64,000 nucleotides of DNA from Asterias rubens (GCF_902459465.1 NC_047072.1:6138001-6202000); one strand, 5' to 3'. Shown: positions 36,201 to 49,739, numbered from the stretch's first letter. Numbers and translations: made by a program. Notes: generated from the sequence alone by a model not told the origin.

Positions 36201-39200
36201 GCTTGATACTGATGACATCATCGGGGGTCTCCGCTACAAAATACAGAAGAGAACGATCACGATTAGGGTTTGTTTTAACAAAATTATTACTAATATTCTC
36301 AAACAGCATATCCTCTGTCCGATGTGTCATAATAATAATAATAATAATAGCAATAATAATAATAACAACAAAGTTTGATAAAGCACACATATCCACAAAA
36401 ATTCTCAGGGCACCATTACCAAAGAAACCAAACCCAGTCATTTACTGTTCCCCTGGCGTAGTAAACCTTACGTATGAGCACAGCGAAGTATGAAAAATTT
36501 GGGAAAAGGGGAAACAAGATCCCTTGTACATCAAAACATACAAACTTTTGTTTTAAAGGCAGTGGATACTATTGGTAATTACTCAAAATAATTATTAGCA
36601 TAAAACCTTACTTGGTAACAAGTAATGGGGAGAGGTTGGTAGTATAAAACATTGTGAGAAACAGCTCCCTCTGAAGTGGAGTAGTTTTCAAGAAAGAAGT
36701 AAGTTTCCACGAATTTGATTTCGAGACCTCAAGTTTAGAATTTGAGGTCTCAAAATCAAGCATCTGAAAGCACACAACTTTGTGTGACAAGGGTGTTTTT
36801 TCTTTCATAGTTATCTCGCAAATCCGACGACCAATCAAGCTCAAATGTTCACAGGTTTGTTATTTAATGCATATGTTGAGATACAGCAAGTGAGAAGACT
36901 GGTCTTTGATATTTACCGATAGTGTCCACTGGCTTTAAAGGGAAGGTACATGTCCATGTTTGGTAATTACTCAAAACAAATACTAACTTAAAAACTGACT
37001 TGGTAACAAGCATTGGAGAGCTGTTGATAGTATTAAACAATGTGGGAAACAACTCCCTCTGAAGTAACAAAGTTTTTGAGAAAGAGGTAATTTCTCACTC
37101 TCTCTGTATTTTGTTTTTATTATATTGTTACCCTCCCCAGGGTTATGGGGTGTGTTCCAGTTTGGAAATACTAAAAGAAATTCCTATCTGAAAGCACACA
37201 AATTCGTCCAACAAGTGTGTTTTTTCTTTTATAATTTTCATGCAACTTCAATGACCAAATGAGCCCAAATTTTCACAGGCTCGTTATTTTTTTTCAAGTG
37301 AGAACACTGGTCTTTGACAATTACCAAACAGTGCCTTTAAAGACGTTAGCCCTAAGTTAGGACATGAAATTGTATACTTCAACATTTTTTACTGATGCAA
37401 AGTTAGATTACATTTTGTTTCTCTCTCCTGGGCTTCATCTTCCTTGAAATGATTTAAGTGCAGCTCTCTTGTCATCCCTTCATCCACTTTCTCATATCCG
37501 TAGATAGCAAGCAGCTCATTCATTGTGTCTTCTGCATAGTCCTGTGCAGTGAGGAAAATGGATAGAGTCTTAAATTATAAATAAGGGAATCAATGTGTGG
37601 TAAAGAGGTTTTCAGCTAGTGGTTTAATCCCAACGAGGCCTGGTTCTTGATAATTTTACCGAGACGAAGTCTAGGTAAATTATCAAGAACCAGGCCTCGC
37701 CGGGCTTAAACCACTAGTTGAAAACCGATTCAAAAATTATAATTGTTCAATCATTGAACAGTTATAACTTCTTTCAACCAACGCCCCTCCAGCTCTGAAA
37801 AAGGCCCTCCGCCGCCCTCAGGTAAACAACTCATTGTAAGGGAATGATGTGCGCGTCGCGCGTGATGTGGCACAACTGTCCCAGCCTTGGCTCTCGACCA
37901 ATAGCAGACCTTCCTTTTTGAGGAGCGCGAACGCGCTCGCGCTCCTACCGCGCTCCTGGGGCTGTCTTCAGGTCCGCGATCGACAGCGCTCCTCCTCGGT
38001 CATTACGGTGTATTTTATTTATAACACAAAAGCAGATTTCACGCCAGTCGTTGTTACTTTGCGTGCATCAATAAATAAAAGAAACATTGAACGCTAGAGG
38101 TCGCTTTGGAACGATGCACTAGCGTGATATTAAATGCCCTCTTTTGGTAAAATCTACGCAAACCAGCAATAAACGCATTGAGACAAGACTCGACGTGTCA
38201 CGTGGGCATTTTAGCGCATTTCCACCAGGCGGCGCAAATGCGAGGGCGAAGCGCATACCGTCGGCGTACGTAGCTCAATCAACATCTGTTGTGCAATCTC
38301 GAGATTGAGCAGCACAATTAACAGATTGCTAGCTTTACGAACTCGCAGCCGGGTACATTACTACACGTACGTACACACACACGCTACTGTATACGTCATC
38401 CGTGCAATATTAGAACTAGTACTACTAGATCAACCGTGGATCAAGGACGTATTTTCTCATAAGAAAATGTGTATTTTCTAAAGCTTTATATCAAATGTAA
38501 AAACATTTTAGAAAAAAGGAAACATTAAACATAAAACCTTAAAATCGCGCAGTATTTTGTCACACGGGAGTGGGATCGGGTTGTTTTATTTGATTTTGAT
38601 CCGACCTGACCATTTTTAGTAATCATAAACTGAGTATGCTAGTCAAACAAATTGAGCTCCTGGACAATCTAAGAAGAGTGATTTTTTAGGAGCTCAAATT
38701 GAGCTCCTGAGTATTCTCAGGAGAGCGATTAAAAGAGCTCCTTCTATTTCTATAAACGAAGGTCTGCAATAGGAATGAAGAAACTGTCTTATAAGCACAG
38801 GTGCAAGCTCACGTGTCACGCCCATGTTTCAACACTTTTTACTGGTCATAATCAAAGGTTTATACACACCCATGTGACGCGCTCTCCACCAATAGGAATA
38901 GCAAAACTGTTTGAGGTATTTATGAATATAATATAATAACAGTGACTTCTTATTAAAGCATGCATATCCGTCACTCAGTGGTGACGTTCAAGGCACTTTA
39001 ACATTTTCCTGCAAGGTACATGTATGTTGGGAATACGTTTGAATTACGAGACCTACTCCTTTTATGCTGCCAATCAAACCAGGAACACCGGGGCGAACCC
39101 CTTCTCTTTTCGATAAGTGCACTGGGTTCTTTTACCTACGTTACACAACATACGGGACCAACAGCTTTACGTCCCATCCGAAGGACGAAGCATCACAGTT

Positions 39201-41044
39201 AAGTGCCTTGCTTAGGGACACAGGTGCCACGACTGGGACTCAAACCCCCATTCTGCTGATCAGAAATGCTAGATTTTGAATCCAGAGCTCTTTACCGCTA
39301 GGCCAGGACACGCCGCAATCAAACAAACCCATTGATTAATCAATACACAGAGTGATTGTCCCTATCCATTTTTTTTCCTAAAATAAACAAAAACCGTGTT
39401 GCACATTTCCATATTTATGTTTTCCACAATTGCACACAGTTAATGACAACTGGGGGAGAAATCTCTGCAAAAAATGTTGGGCTTCTATTTGAAAAATAAT
39501 TTTACCTCCTGGTGCTATGTTATGTAGGCGTAGGGCCAGGCCTAAGTCAACAGTAACAGTCTTAGACTATGAACATGTAGGGCGCAAAGGGAGTCCTGCG
39601 TATTGGCATTAGGATTAGCAAAAGCATGACTACCAATTCATTTGATTTGATTTGATTTTTAATCTATTCACTGAAATTAAAATACACCTGTACAGCAAGA
39701 ACATAATGCAATGCAAAAAAATTCTTCAATCGTTAGATATAAAATTAAAAAAAAAATAATATTAATAAAGAGTAAATCAATCCATCCAACATTATTGAAC
39801 AAAATCATACTGGACCCAAACTAAAACTTTTCTTAATATTTGGGGCAACTTGCTAGGAATGCAACATTGGCTGGGCTGGGGCGACATTGTCAGGGAGCAT
39901 ATTGCAGGGGCGACTTTGTTGGGGGCGAACTGGCTAGTTAGGGGACGAGATGACCAGCCCCCAACTTTTGTAGAATTTTGGGGGGGGGGGGGGCATTCCC
40001 CAGCAGTGTGTAGTCTCTACTATTGCTTATGACAAACAGAACGTCAGAGCTTTAGACCTACACACTATACATGTAGTCATCGAACAGATAACTTTCCAGA
40101 TGGCACCACTACACTACTGTTTCACTCATTTTTTTTTTAACAAAAAAAGGATATCTCAATCTTATTGCGATAAATTAGATATTATTTAATTTCATTTCAT
40201 ATCGAATGAAAAAGTAGTGGCGACATACCATACATAAACTTTTCCCATCGAACTATCAATCCCTATATAATATAGGCCCTATATATGCTGTGAAATGAAA
40301 CATGTCATTTTTTTTTTTTTCCAATAATTATTAATATAAGAGTTAGGCTATACTATACAAAACGGTGAACAAAACATGATGATCAACCAAACGCGTTTGC
40401 CGTGTTTACGAATATGATACATCATTGATTGTTAGACCCCAGTAACTGGGGCGCTGTACTCCTTTTTTAGAAATTTTGACATTATCGTGTAGGCCTACCT
40501 AGCTACTCCTTTTCTCAAAATTTTGACATTATCGTATGACCATGGTATGACCGATAATGTCAAAATTTCGAAAAAAGGAGAACAGTCTGAGTCTACAGCG
40601 ACCCCCAATAGCATAAGGGTCTACATTACTCCTCTAGAACTATTTCGGTTTCGTCCACTATCGTCTCCCATTACGGGAGACGATAGCGGATGAAACCGAA
40701 ATAGTTCTAGGACTCAGGAGTAGCTAGATGGATTACTTTCCGTATGGCGCCACCACTTTTTCACTCATTTTTACAAAAAGGGATATCTCATTGAGGTAAA
40801 TTAGATACTGTATTATTTCATATCGAATGAAAAAGTGGTGGGGCCATACGGAAACTTTTCCGAGTAGATCTACATCATCTCAATGAATCATTGACATAAA
40901 TAATATTTTGTCAATACCATGATTAATGAATCCCCATACATTTTTATTATGTGTCACTCACTCAGTTACCTTCATGTCTTCCTGAGGTTCTGTTTTCACC
41001 AGAATCTTTTCCCCGGAATCTTCAGAAATGTTTTGTGGTTCCAT
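33259..41044 (-). CDS. SOBP: Sine oculis-binding protein homolog, about 798 aa; coding exons 41044-40970, 37541-37412, 36233-36054, 35270-33259
   Basis: [19 protein letters not shown] matches SOBP box 1. Two FCS zinc fingers ([21 protein letters not shown] and [36 protein letters not shown]) and a Pro-rich [22 protein letters not shown] segment. Total 2397 nt in frame. The donor at 37411 (GTAATC) is weak, so that boundary is less certain. Confidence 0.93.
35804..35975. mobile_element. Harbinger-like MITE (TIR CAG(G/C)(G/C)GTCGATTTCACAAAG, internal TTAGGAC repeats) inserted in the right TIR of a TTAA MITE (35482-35980); related copies near 29680, 32385, 45710, 54312
   Basis: Inverted ends read directly; the host TIR gtgtccag|tgcct is split. 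The superfamily call is tentative. Confidence 0.65.
36557..37336. mobile_element. Two tandem TTAA MITEs of the AGGCACTGGACAC family (36557-36934 and 36939-37336) sharing one TTAA; roughly 15-17 further full or partial copies in the window (e.g. near 1128, 9640, 15970, 27755, 31425, 35482, 48395, 50281, 51178, 55293, 57722, 61435, 63868)
   Basis: Shared TIRs and internal blocks (ggtaattactcaaaataatt; ggtaattgtcaaagaccagt). TTAA with AG..CT ends points to Kolobok rather than piggyBac (inference). Confidence 0.8.
39060..39315 (-). mobile_element. tRNA-derived SINE with Deu/Nin-like core, 3'-truncated copy
   Basis: Reverse complement of the 46547 SINE; core gtccttcggatgggacgtaaagc. Confidence 0.8.
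40725..40870. mobile_element. Short palindromic MITE (ttccgtatggcgccaccacttttt...aaaaagtggtggggccatacggaa); copies near 40085-40230 and 58118-58250
   Basis: Inverted termini and three related copies. Confidence 0.7.
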
Positions 41045-42156
41045 GATTCTTTAATATATCAACACAATCCGTTACAAAAATGGTCTGTGCAGGTAAAAAA
41101 TACTAAACACAAAAATGAACGTCAGACTCCCGACTTTTCCTTTTCGTCTGCCATTTTCTTTTTAACGATTTTTCAGTAAACAAATGTTTGTTTGTAAAAT
41201 TTCTCCAGTAATTTCAATACTGTGGCGGCTATGGCTATGGCTACGACTGTTGCTAAGGATATTGCTAGGGACGTCAACGCGTGCTCTGCATGCGGCGACC
41301 CGCCGTAGGCTAGCCGTAGCCTAATGCGATGATGAAGAGCCACATGGGAACTGTTTGTAAATAATATTTCAGTGAAATATTTTGCAAATTCGGCGGAGAA
41401 ATGCTTCAGAACCTAGCCTTGCTCAAGGCAGTCGCATTATTCGGTCCGAAAAGATGCCGCTGTAAACCCACCCGTATACCCTGTGCGTGGTGCGTGCGAT
41501 CACACACCGCATGACCCACCCGTATACACACTGTCACTATACGACTACTGACGAAAGTCATCCGCACTCGTACCACTAACCGCATGCGGAGGCCGTCAGA
41601 CCGACACCTGACGGTCGACGCATGCGGATAGTGTATATATGTCGTGCGATGTTACGCACAGTGAAGCAAGGCTATTCAGAACCATACAATTAAATGTAAT
41701 TCCGTTCAATTCACAGTTTTGCCTTCTCCAACCACAGCAGGTTCAAAATGCAATGGTGAAATTGCCCATGGAGGTATGCTACCTCCATGCATTGCCTGAC
41801 CGTGCCTGTACCTCCCATATAGACTGTAGTGTAGAAATATTATTGAAAACTTGAATTTACGGAAATATTTCCGTAAATATTTCCAATCCATAACACGCAC
41901 GGTCCGTCTGCCACCTTTAAAAACAAACCGACCGAGAACCATGAGATCAAGAACCCATTGCCTCCCCAGGCGGCCATGAAATGGGTCAACTCATCTTGTT
42001 GAAACAATGTTTTTGTGAAAACACACGCGAAAAGAATATTGTTTCCAATAAATTCAAAGGGTGATAAAATTAAAAAAAAGCAGTTTAAAATCAAGTCTGT
42101 AAAACTTAAATGGGATGATTATATCCGGAATTCGATTATCCCCCGGTCGCCCCCAC

Positions 42157-42184
42157 TGTCTGTGTGTCTGTGTGTCTGTGTGTC

Positions 42185-42237
<53 letters not shown>

Positions 42238-42238
42238 G
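42157..42238. repeat. (TCTG)n/(TG)n microsatellite
   Basis: Read directly. Confidence 0.9.
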
Positions 42239-42847
42239 TTTTTGTGGGGGGCGAGGGGGGGGCGGGGCATTAATTTTGGTGCGGTTCCCTCCTTGATTAC
42301 CCCCCCCTCCCATCCATAATAGACCTTTTCGCAAATACTGGGGCGCGCCCGTAAAGCTTGGAATTAGGTGCATTGTGGTCTAGCTGGTATCCAAATTTGA
42401 TCCATATCTATCCCACAATGCACCTCATTCAACAGTCTGCGCTTGCGCATTGGTATTTGCGATAAGGTCTATAATTTAAACCATTGGAGCTGTCTGGCGC
42501 CCTCTACGTTTGCTTAGTCTTCAACAACAAATCGGGACGGCCACTGCATGATACCAGCGATTCTCGATTTGGATATTAGTTATGTAGGGAATTCCCATTG
42601 ACTATTGCTTCATAATCGGGCACCATTGTGCACTGAGCTAATGAATTTATCGCACATTCGTGACATGAAATGTCGACGGGTTGGGGTACGTTTACGTGCA
42701 GCTAAAACTAAACTAAACTAAACTAACATGGTACATAAAATAGTTTACATTGTCAGAAACTATGTCAGGCATACTTGTGAGTGTGTAAATGTGTTTAAGT
42801 GAGTTATGGCCATCGCTGGACAAGGTAGCAAAGGGTCGATCTTCATT

Positions 42848-45800
42848 ATGGGGGATGAGAAGGCCGATAGCCTGACGACGGTGCTACAACGGAGATTCCC
42901 TGAAATTCCCGTGGATGTCGTTTCCGGTATCTTGCAGAGGGTACGTAAAGAAACTGGATGTGCTATTTGGGTGTATTGAGTGTGAAGTGAATTGCCCCTT
43001 GTGACACCCCACGGTTTGGATATTGCAAAAGAATTTCGATTGATTGATTGATTATTTATTGCTTAGTTAATCAAGACACAACTGATTGTTAATAATAATA
43101 TAAATACAAATTATGTTTTTGTTTTTAATTTAGAGGTTAGCATGGTTAGCTACACAACAAACGTACATGTCATAACAAAAAAATACAATCAATGATTCAA
43201 TCTTCTACTCCTTCCTAGAGAACTAGTATAATGGTTTGTTGCGCTATCGTTTCCACGAAGAGACGATCTAGAGTAACAAATGTTATCGACATCATATAGT
43301 ACAATAAAAAACACTTTACTTGAAGTAAAGTGTTTGTTATAAAATTTGTATTTAGTTTTTATTATTTATGTGTTGTGAACGTGAGACTTTTTTATCAGTA
43401 AGACTTATAAATTGAACCTTGGAGGAAGACTTCCTCAATGATTGAACTAAGTACGTTTTATAATGATTGTCTTGACGTTTGTTTCTAAACTTGCAGTTGT
43501 TATTTTCAGATGTATGTGTACTACTTCTAGAAACTATAAGGCTCCCCTTAGTACTGAGCTGAAAATTGTATTTTTTTGACGATGTTTTTTAATTTCACTC
43601 AACAAAAAGCATTATGAAAGTATATTGAGTAGGTTGGGGAAAGCTTTAGGTGTACAAACACAACTGTACAGTACACAGGAAACTTCAGTTCTGGCTGGCT
43701 AACGGTCGTAAAACTTTCACCCATCAACGCTGATTTGAAAAACGGTTAGCATTAAGGAGGCCCTAAATATGAGACCCCTATAAGGCTCTCAGGGGAGCCT
43801 TATAGTTTCTAGAAGTATATGTGTACGCACTATTCCTGTACTTTTATACCCCTACCGTTCTTAAAAACTTTACAGTCTACACTGTGGTACTTGCCCCCCC
43901 CTCGGTGGAAGTGAAATTTATATATTTTTTATGTCAACTCATGGACAATAATGACATGTTCTACAAAATTATTCAATCTGTTGTGTACATGGAACCTATT
44001 GTATTTTACGTACTAGCTAGAACTATGATTTTTGTGGAGAAGACAGCGGAACCTCATAGTTCTAGGAGTACGTGGAACCCACCTACATGTACGTTGTACC
44101 ATGGTTGTACATGTACAATCTGTAAGTGTTAATAGAGTAGTACATGTATGGACAGTCAAGTTGGCTCAGTGGTTTTTGTCCCACTTGCCATTTACCTCTC
44201 CTCTGGGTTTTCAGTCCCTACCTGACTGCGTGGGTTAAAATTACAAACAGAGGTTTTCTTTCCTCCCATGTCTCAAATAAATTGGTTTCTGATTCAAGTG
44301 TAGGCCCTACTGATTGGAAAACAACATTTTATTTATTTATTTCTAGAATGATGGCAACATGAGTCGGAGTATTGAAGATCTTGAACAGGCCAGTGCTATG
44401 TACATGTATGGTGACTTTGTAAGTAGCGATCAACAGCCACACATGGTGCACACAACCACCATATCGGGAACTAACAACAATGTAATAGAGGTGTCTATGA
44501 CCCATTCACCTGCCCATGATGAGCGAACAAGAGCAGACTCACAGAATATGAGTGGTCAACTTGTAGTTGATGTCGACCTAGATGAGACACCCAAGTCTAG
44601 TTTCACTAGCTGGGCTTCATTAGACACTGGATTCCCAGACGGGGAAACACCGACATCGTCTGCGCAAAACTCTTTGAGTTTTTACAAGGAGCCAAAACAT
44701 TTATCATTGGTCACAGTCGATATAAACGAACCGACACAAAGGACTGAGAGCCCATCTGAGGTTTCCAGACCATCTGAAGGCGATGTCAGTCCTATGCAAT
44801 ACAGTAGCCCTCACAAACGGACCACCAATGGTTTTCAACCAATTGTAAATCCACATGACTACCCATTTGAGCCACGCCCAAATGCTGCAGATGGTTCCAC
44901 AGGGTGGCATTTGCCAACCAGTGGCCAACGGACTCTGACTCATATTCAACCAGTGGAGTTACACGCAACAACTCAGATTGCCACCTCCTACCAGCTTGAC
45001 CCACTTAAACCCTCCAGCCCCGCAACTCGCCCCGCGAAGGGCAGCCGCAGTCCTGCCCCTGTGGCAACATACAACAAGGCCAACGACAGTACCACAATTT
45101 CAGTCAGCAGAGATTCTCCCAGGACATCGAAGAAGTCATCCGTCGTTTCAACTTCCTTGGAGGTAGACGCTTCACCTCTGCTCCAAGATCCTCCCGAGGG
45201 ACCAAGTCACCCGATAGTCGATCCAAATCTTCAAGATGCAAGGAGGAAATCAAGGGTGAAAAAGAACAGAAATCATTTGCCTCCTGAACCCGGGAGATCG
45301 CTTTCTAAGGAAGAGGTTGAGAAATCGTACACAGAATGTAAGCCTCATCAGGTTTTTGTCATTAAACTTTCATCATAAACAAAGAAACCAATTTTATGTT
45401 TATATAGTGCACACCAATTTTTCTTATCATTTTTCTTTAAGATGTACGCATATTACACAATCCTGACCTTTGTCATTTTTACTACACACCTTTTAGATGT
45501 GACTCACTGAATAAATACAGTGTGAGCCTTTAGACCAAAAGTTGTTTACAAAATAAAAAACACACCAAAATCATCGCTTGTAGATTGTAAAACACATTTT
45601 ATAGGCCTAGCAGAAATAAAAAAGTGTGAATCCTTTTAAATGGTGATCCCCTGGCTGCTGCTTCCCATACAGCAGCAAATAGTTGTATGGCTTCTGACTG
45701 GCATCCCAGGGGTGGATTTTACAAACAGTTGGACTAGTCTTGTCTCGAGTTAGGACAAGTTACTCGTCCTATCTTAGGACTAGCCACACGTTTTGTATAC

Positions 45801-48800
45801 ATTGCATCTCCTAGGACTAGTCATAGATTAGGACCAGTCCTAACTCTTTGTGAAATCGACCCCTGATGGTTTTGACAAAACAAGGAAACTTCAAACATAC
45901 ATGTAGGGCTAGATGGTAAAGCGCTGTCACATTAATCCGGAGGTCGTTGGTTCAAATTCTTCTCTTTTGTAAATTTTTCTTTGTTCAGCCGCAAAACAGT
46001 TTATAGCGGTGGGGATAATATTCAGATCAAAACAGGTCATTTACATAATTTATGACTCCTCTGTTTATTATTTATTTTTTGATATTGAGGTGTGCTTTTT
46101 TAATATTTTATGTCATATCTATTTAGACTCGTGTAATGACTCTGTAATTTAAACCTTCTGGTCAAGAAATTTGTCAATGTTAAAACAAAAGTCAAATTCA
46201 AATTTATCCACAGCTTTATTGATGCACCAGAAAGCGCGCTTTGAACGGCTCTGCAAGGAGTTGGAGGAAGAGAGACGCAATCTCAACGATATGAAAATCC
46301 AGACGGCTCAAATGGAGAGGGAGGTGGGAGACAAACTCAACCACAGATCACCGTATCCTAAGGTATTTCACCAAGCCTGGATTTCTATTCTTGAACAAGA
46401 AAGGCCAATGTTCATGAGAGTGTGTCTAAAAAAAATTGGAACCATCTAGAATTTGCTACCGTTCCGACACTTTGAAAAGGCGCTAACCCTCGCAGACTTC
46501 TTGTGCTAGTGTGGTCTCTCAATCCTTTCATCTTCTCCTATGTCGTGGAAGTGTCGTGGCCGAGCGGTTGAGAGCACCGAATTCAAACTCTGGTGTTTCT
46601 GATCAGCAGAGTGTGGGTTCGAATCCCCAGCCGTGACACCTGTGTCCTTAAGCAAGACACATAACCATTGCTTCGTCCTTCGGATGGGACGTAAAGCCGT
46701 TGGTCCCATGTGTTGTTTAAACGCATGTAAAAGAACCCAGTGCACTTGTCGAAAAGAGAAGGGGTTCGCCCCGGTGTTCCTGGCTGGATTGGCAGCATAT
46801 TGCGCCACAGCACCTTGTAAACCATTACATTGTGCTTAAGGATTAGGTCTTATATTATCTCAAAAATCGCCCCCACTCCTTGCAGTAATAATACCTGGCG
46901 CTTTGTATCCTTTGGCAAAAGGCGCGTTATAAATACGGTTATTATGTCAGTACATGTATGTTACTCCACACCAACACCAAGGCCCGATTTAGCAGGCCTG
47001 ATACTTCACAGAGGCAACGAAGGCGATTGCCTCCGTGTCCCCTGGTCCTTGCCTTGGTGCCCTTGAAATGCTCCAGTACAAATTTGCAATTTCATCTTCG
47101 GGTGCTCTTTACCGAGAAGAAAATGCCTTGGTGCCCTTGCCCTTCCAAAAACGAAGCATACAGCCCTGGATTTAGTGATGGCTTAACGTTAACGACCAGG
47201 GCCAAATTTCATGGCTCTGCCTACCGTAAGAATAGAATTGCTTGCGAAAGCGTTTCCACAGGTAAGTGAGGAACTTGAGGTCTCAAAATCAAATTCGTGG
47301 AAAATTACTTCTTTCTCGAAAACTATGTTACTTCAGAGGGAGCCGTTTCTCACAATGTTTTATACTACATGTATCAACAGCTCTCCGTTGCTCGTTACCG
47401 AGTAAGGTTTTATGCTATAATAATTGTTTTGAGTAACTACCAATAGTTTCCACTGCCTTTAAATATACCACTTTTGTCCCATTTTATGGTAGCCTGAGGA
47501 AATTGGCCGATTACGGGAGCAGAAGAGACAGCTTCAGATTGACATTGAGTGTATGAATCGAGAAATAGATCTCCATAAAAGCCAAGGTACTTAATAGTAA
47601 TAATTGATTTGATTTGATTTCTTGTTTTATTCAAAAAATAAACATACCCCATAACCCTTGGGAAATGTTACAACCAAATTTTAAATATACAAATTTCAGT
47701 TTACATTATGATGGAGGAGTAACATGCACATGTAGCAAAAGCCTCAATGTAATAAGTTCCTTAAATTTCTTTTGTGATTTGCAGGTTTGATGGATCTGGC
47801 CCAAGCCAATAGTTTCTATGGCAATATGGGATCCACTGGAGCACCAGGTCCAATTCCACCGATGTCGCCAACCAACTCATTCCCTGAGAGTAAGTCAGAT
47901 ATTTCAAAACCAAGATAGAGGTAACACTTAACCTAGAACTGTACACTTGTTGACCCTGTGTACATAACTACACATGTATCAGACAGGAAAGTGATTTCTC
48001 CTGCTGTAACCGGAAATCCGTTTTCTTGTTTCCATTTGTTTTTATAAATAAATCAATTAAATTAATCTATATATATTTTATTTTTTATATCTAAGATCAA
48101 ATTCATTAAAACCTAAAGCTAAAAACCAAATTGAATGCCCAATATTGCAGACGGCTTTCAAGATAAGTGTATGTAAGCAGGCTTCGAGCTCGCAAGCTTC
48201 CGCACACCTAAGCTTTCAAGCGTTGTACTTGCAGTTCAGGTTTTTTTTTCTCAACAGTCTATCACATCACTGTTCAGACCATATTACCAGATAAGAAATA
48301 ATAGACTGAGCGGGAACATTTCACATTCGTTGGCTTAGTGCTATCCAAGGCCTATTTCGGGAGTCAATGTGCCTGTGTTTTAATACAGTTAAAAGGCACT
48401 GGACACTATTGGTGATTACTCAACGACAAATGCTTGATAACGCGCAATGGAGAGCTGTTGATTGTATGCTGAAGCCTTTTATTAGGCATCTGAAAGCACG
48501 CAAAGTAATGCAACTACTTAAAAATGTTCACAGGTTTGTTATTTACACATTGTTGGGATACACCAAGTGAGAATACTTGTCCTTGACAATTATCAAACAT
48601 GTCCAGTGCCTTAGTACCATTTCTCTATCCCAACATTGAGATTTATATCCTGTATTTGCTTTGTGTGCTTCAGGTACCTCGCCTCTCTCCCCACCCTACA
48701 CCCCGACGGTCTTGGACACCGAAGAGGCACAAAAGTGGAGCTGCTCCGCTTGTACATTGCTGAACCACCCGGCACTCGACAAATGCGAGTGCTGCGAAAT

Positions 48801-48816
48801 GCCTAGGGATAAGTAA
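42848..48816 (+). CDS. TAB2: TAK1-binding protein TAB2/TAB3 ortholog, about 524 aa; coding exons 42848-42940, 44347-45337, 46214-46362, 47493-47586, 47785-47889, 48674-48816
   Basis: N-terminal CUE domain ([28 protein letters not shown]), coiled coil ([32 protein letters not shown]) and C-terminal NZF finger [28 protein letters not shown] introns; total 1575 nt in frame. Confidence 0.94.
43522..43817. mobile_element. MITE with perfect 27-bp TIRs (tacttctagaaactataaggctcccct)
   Basis: Both ends read directly. Confidence 0.8.
46547..46945 (+). mobile_element. Full-length tRNA-derived SINE (Deu/Nin-like core, L2-type 3' tail) in a TAB2 intron; core fragment also at about 9470-9640
   Basis: A-box TGGCCGAGCGG, B-box GGTTCGAATCC, core gtccttcggatgggacgtaaagccg, tail matching the L2 at 62050-62113. 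Confidence 0.85.
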
Positions 48817-49739
48817 AGCAGATATTGGGCCCAATTTCATAGAGTTGTTAACGCAGAAAATATTGTTCAACAATTTCTGCTAAGCAGAAACGAGCAGGAT
48901 ACCAGTCAAAAGTTGTACTCAAACATGGGAGTTTGGCTGGTAACCTCATTCTCCTTAGTATAATTTAGTTGTGCTTAGCTAGTTTTTTGTGCTTAAGCAA
49001 CTTCATGACATTGGGCCCAGGCTCTGATGTTGCCGACTGTGTTGCTGTCAGCGTGGCAGTAGGTTGCGGTGTAATGTATTGTAAATTTACTGTTGGGACT
49101 CTTGCCTCAGACATATAATGTGCTAGTGGCTATCGGCTGTGACCTTGTCTGATGAAGTGATCATGCTCGGCTATAGCTGGCTTTTGGCTTCAGCAGCAGT
49201 GAATAGACTTGAGTCGTATCTTTTGTCAAAGTGGTGGTGTTGAGTGCGACCTTTGACCCGATCAAAGGATGGAGAGGCCACTATTCTTAGGCTCTGTTTG
49301 AATCGGTGGCTACGACTGCGGCTGTTTCTATGGGGGTTGCCATGGGCATCATAGGCTTCAACGCATAACAAATACGAGATTCATTCTGCCCTGTAGTTGT
49401 GAATTTGTGTATTAAGCAGTCTTTTGATCTCAAAGCAGTTGCCGCCATCGATTAAGAATTGTATAAAAGCTGGTCATTACACGACTATGATCACATGCAT
49501 TTCAATGGCTTAAAATGGTTACTAGATATACACTCAGAGGGCTATGCTGATGTACATGTATATTAATTCAGATGTGTGCCAAATGTAGTGAAATGTGTAT
49601 TATAAGGTTGGTACAATAGGCCAATCACAGCAACCAGAGGTATTTTTTACGTTGAGGAATTTTTATTTTTTTTGCATCCGATGAACTTCCACATCTAGAA
49701 GGCTTAGGTGTTTATAATTTAGAGTGACAAAATCAACTC

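Noticed and set aside
41124-41156. Upstream ATG MADEKEKSGV-stop as an alternative SOBP start
   Set aside because: It stops after 10 codons and lies upstream of an acceptor at 41085-41086, so it is probably intronic.
46547-46640. tRNA-like sequences at 46547, 54760, 52940 and 45910
   Set aside because: No complete cloverleaf; they run into SINE bodies.
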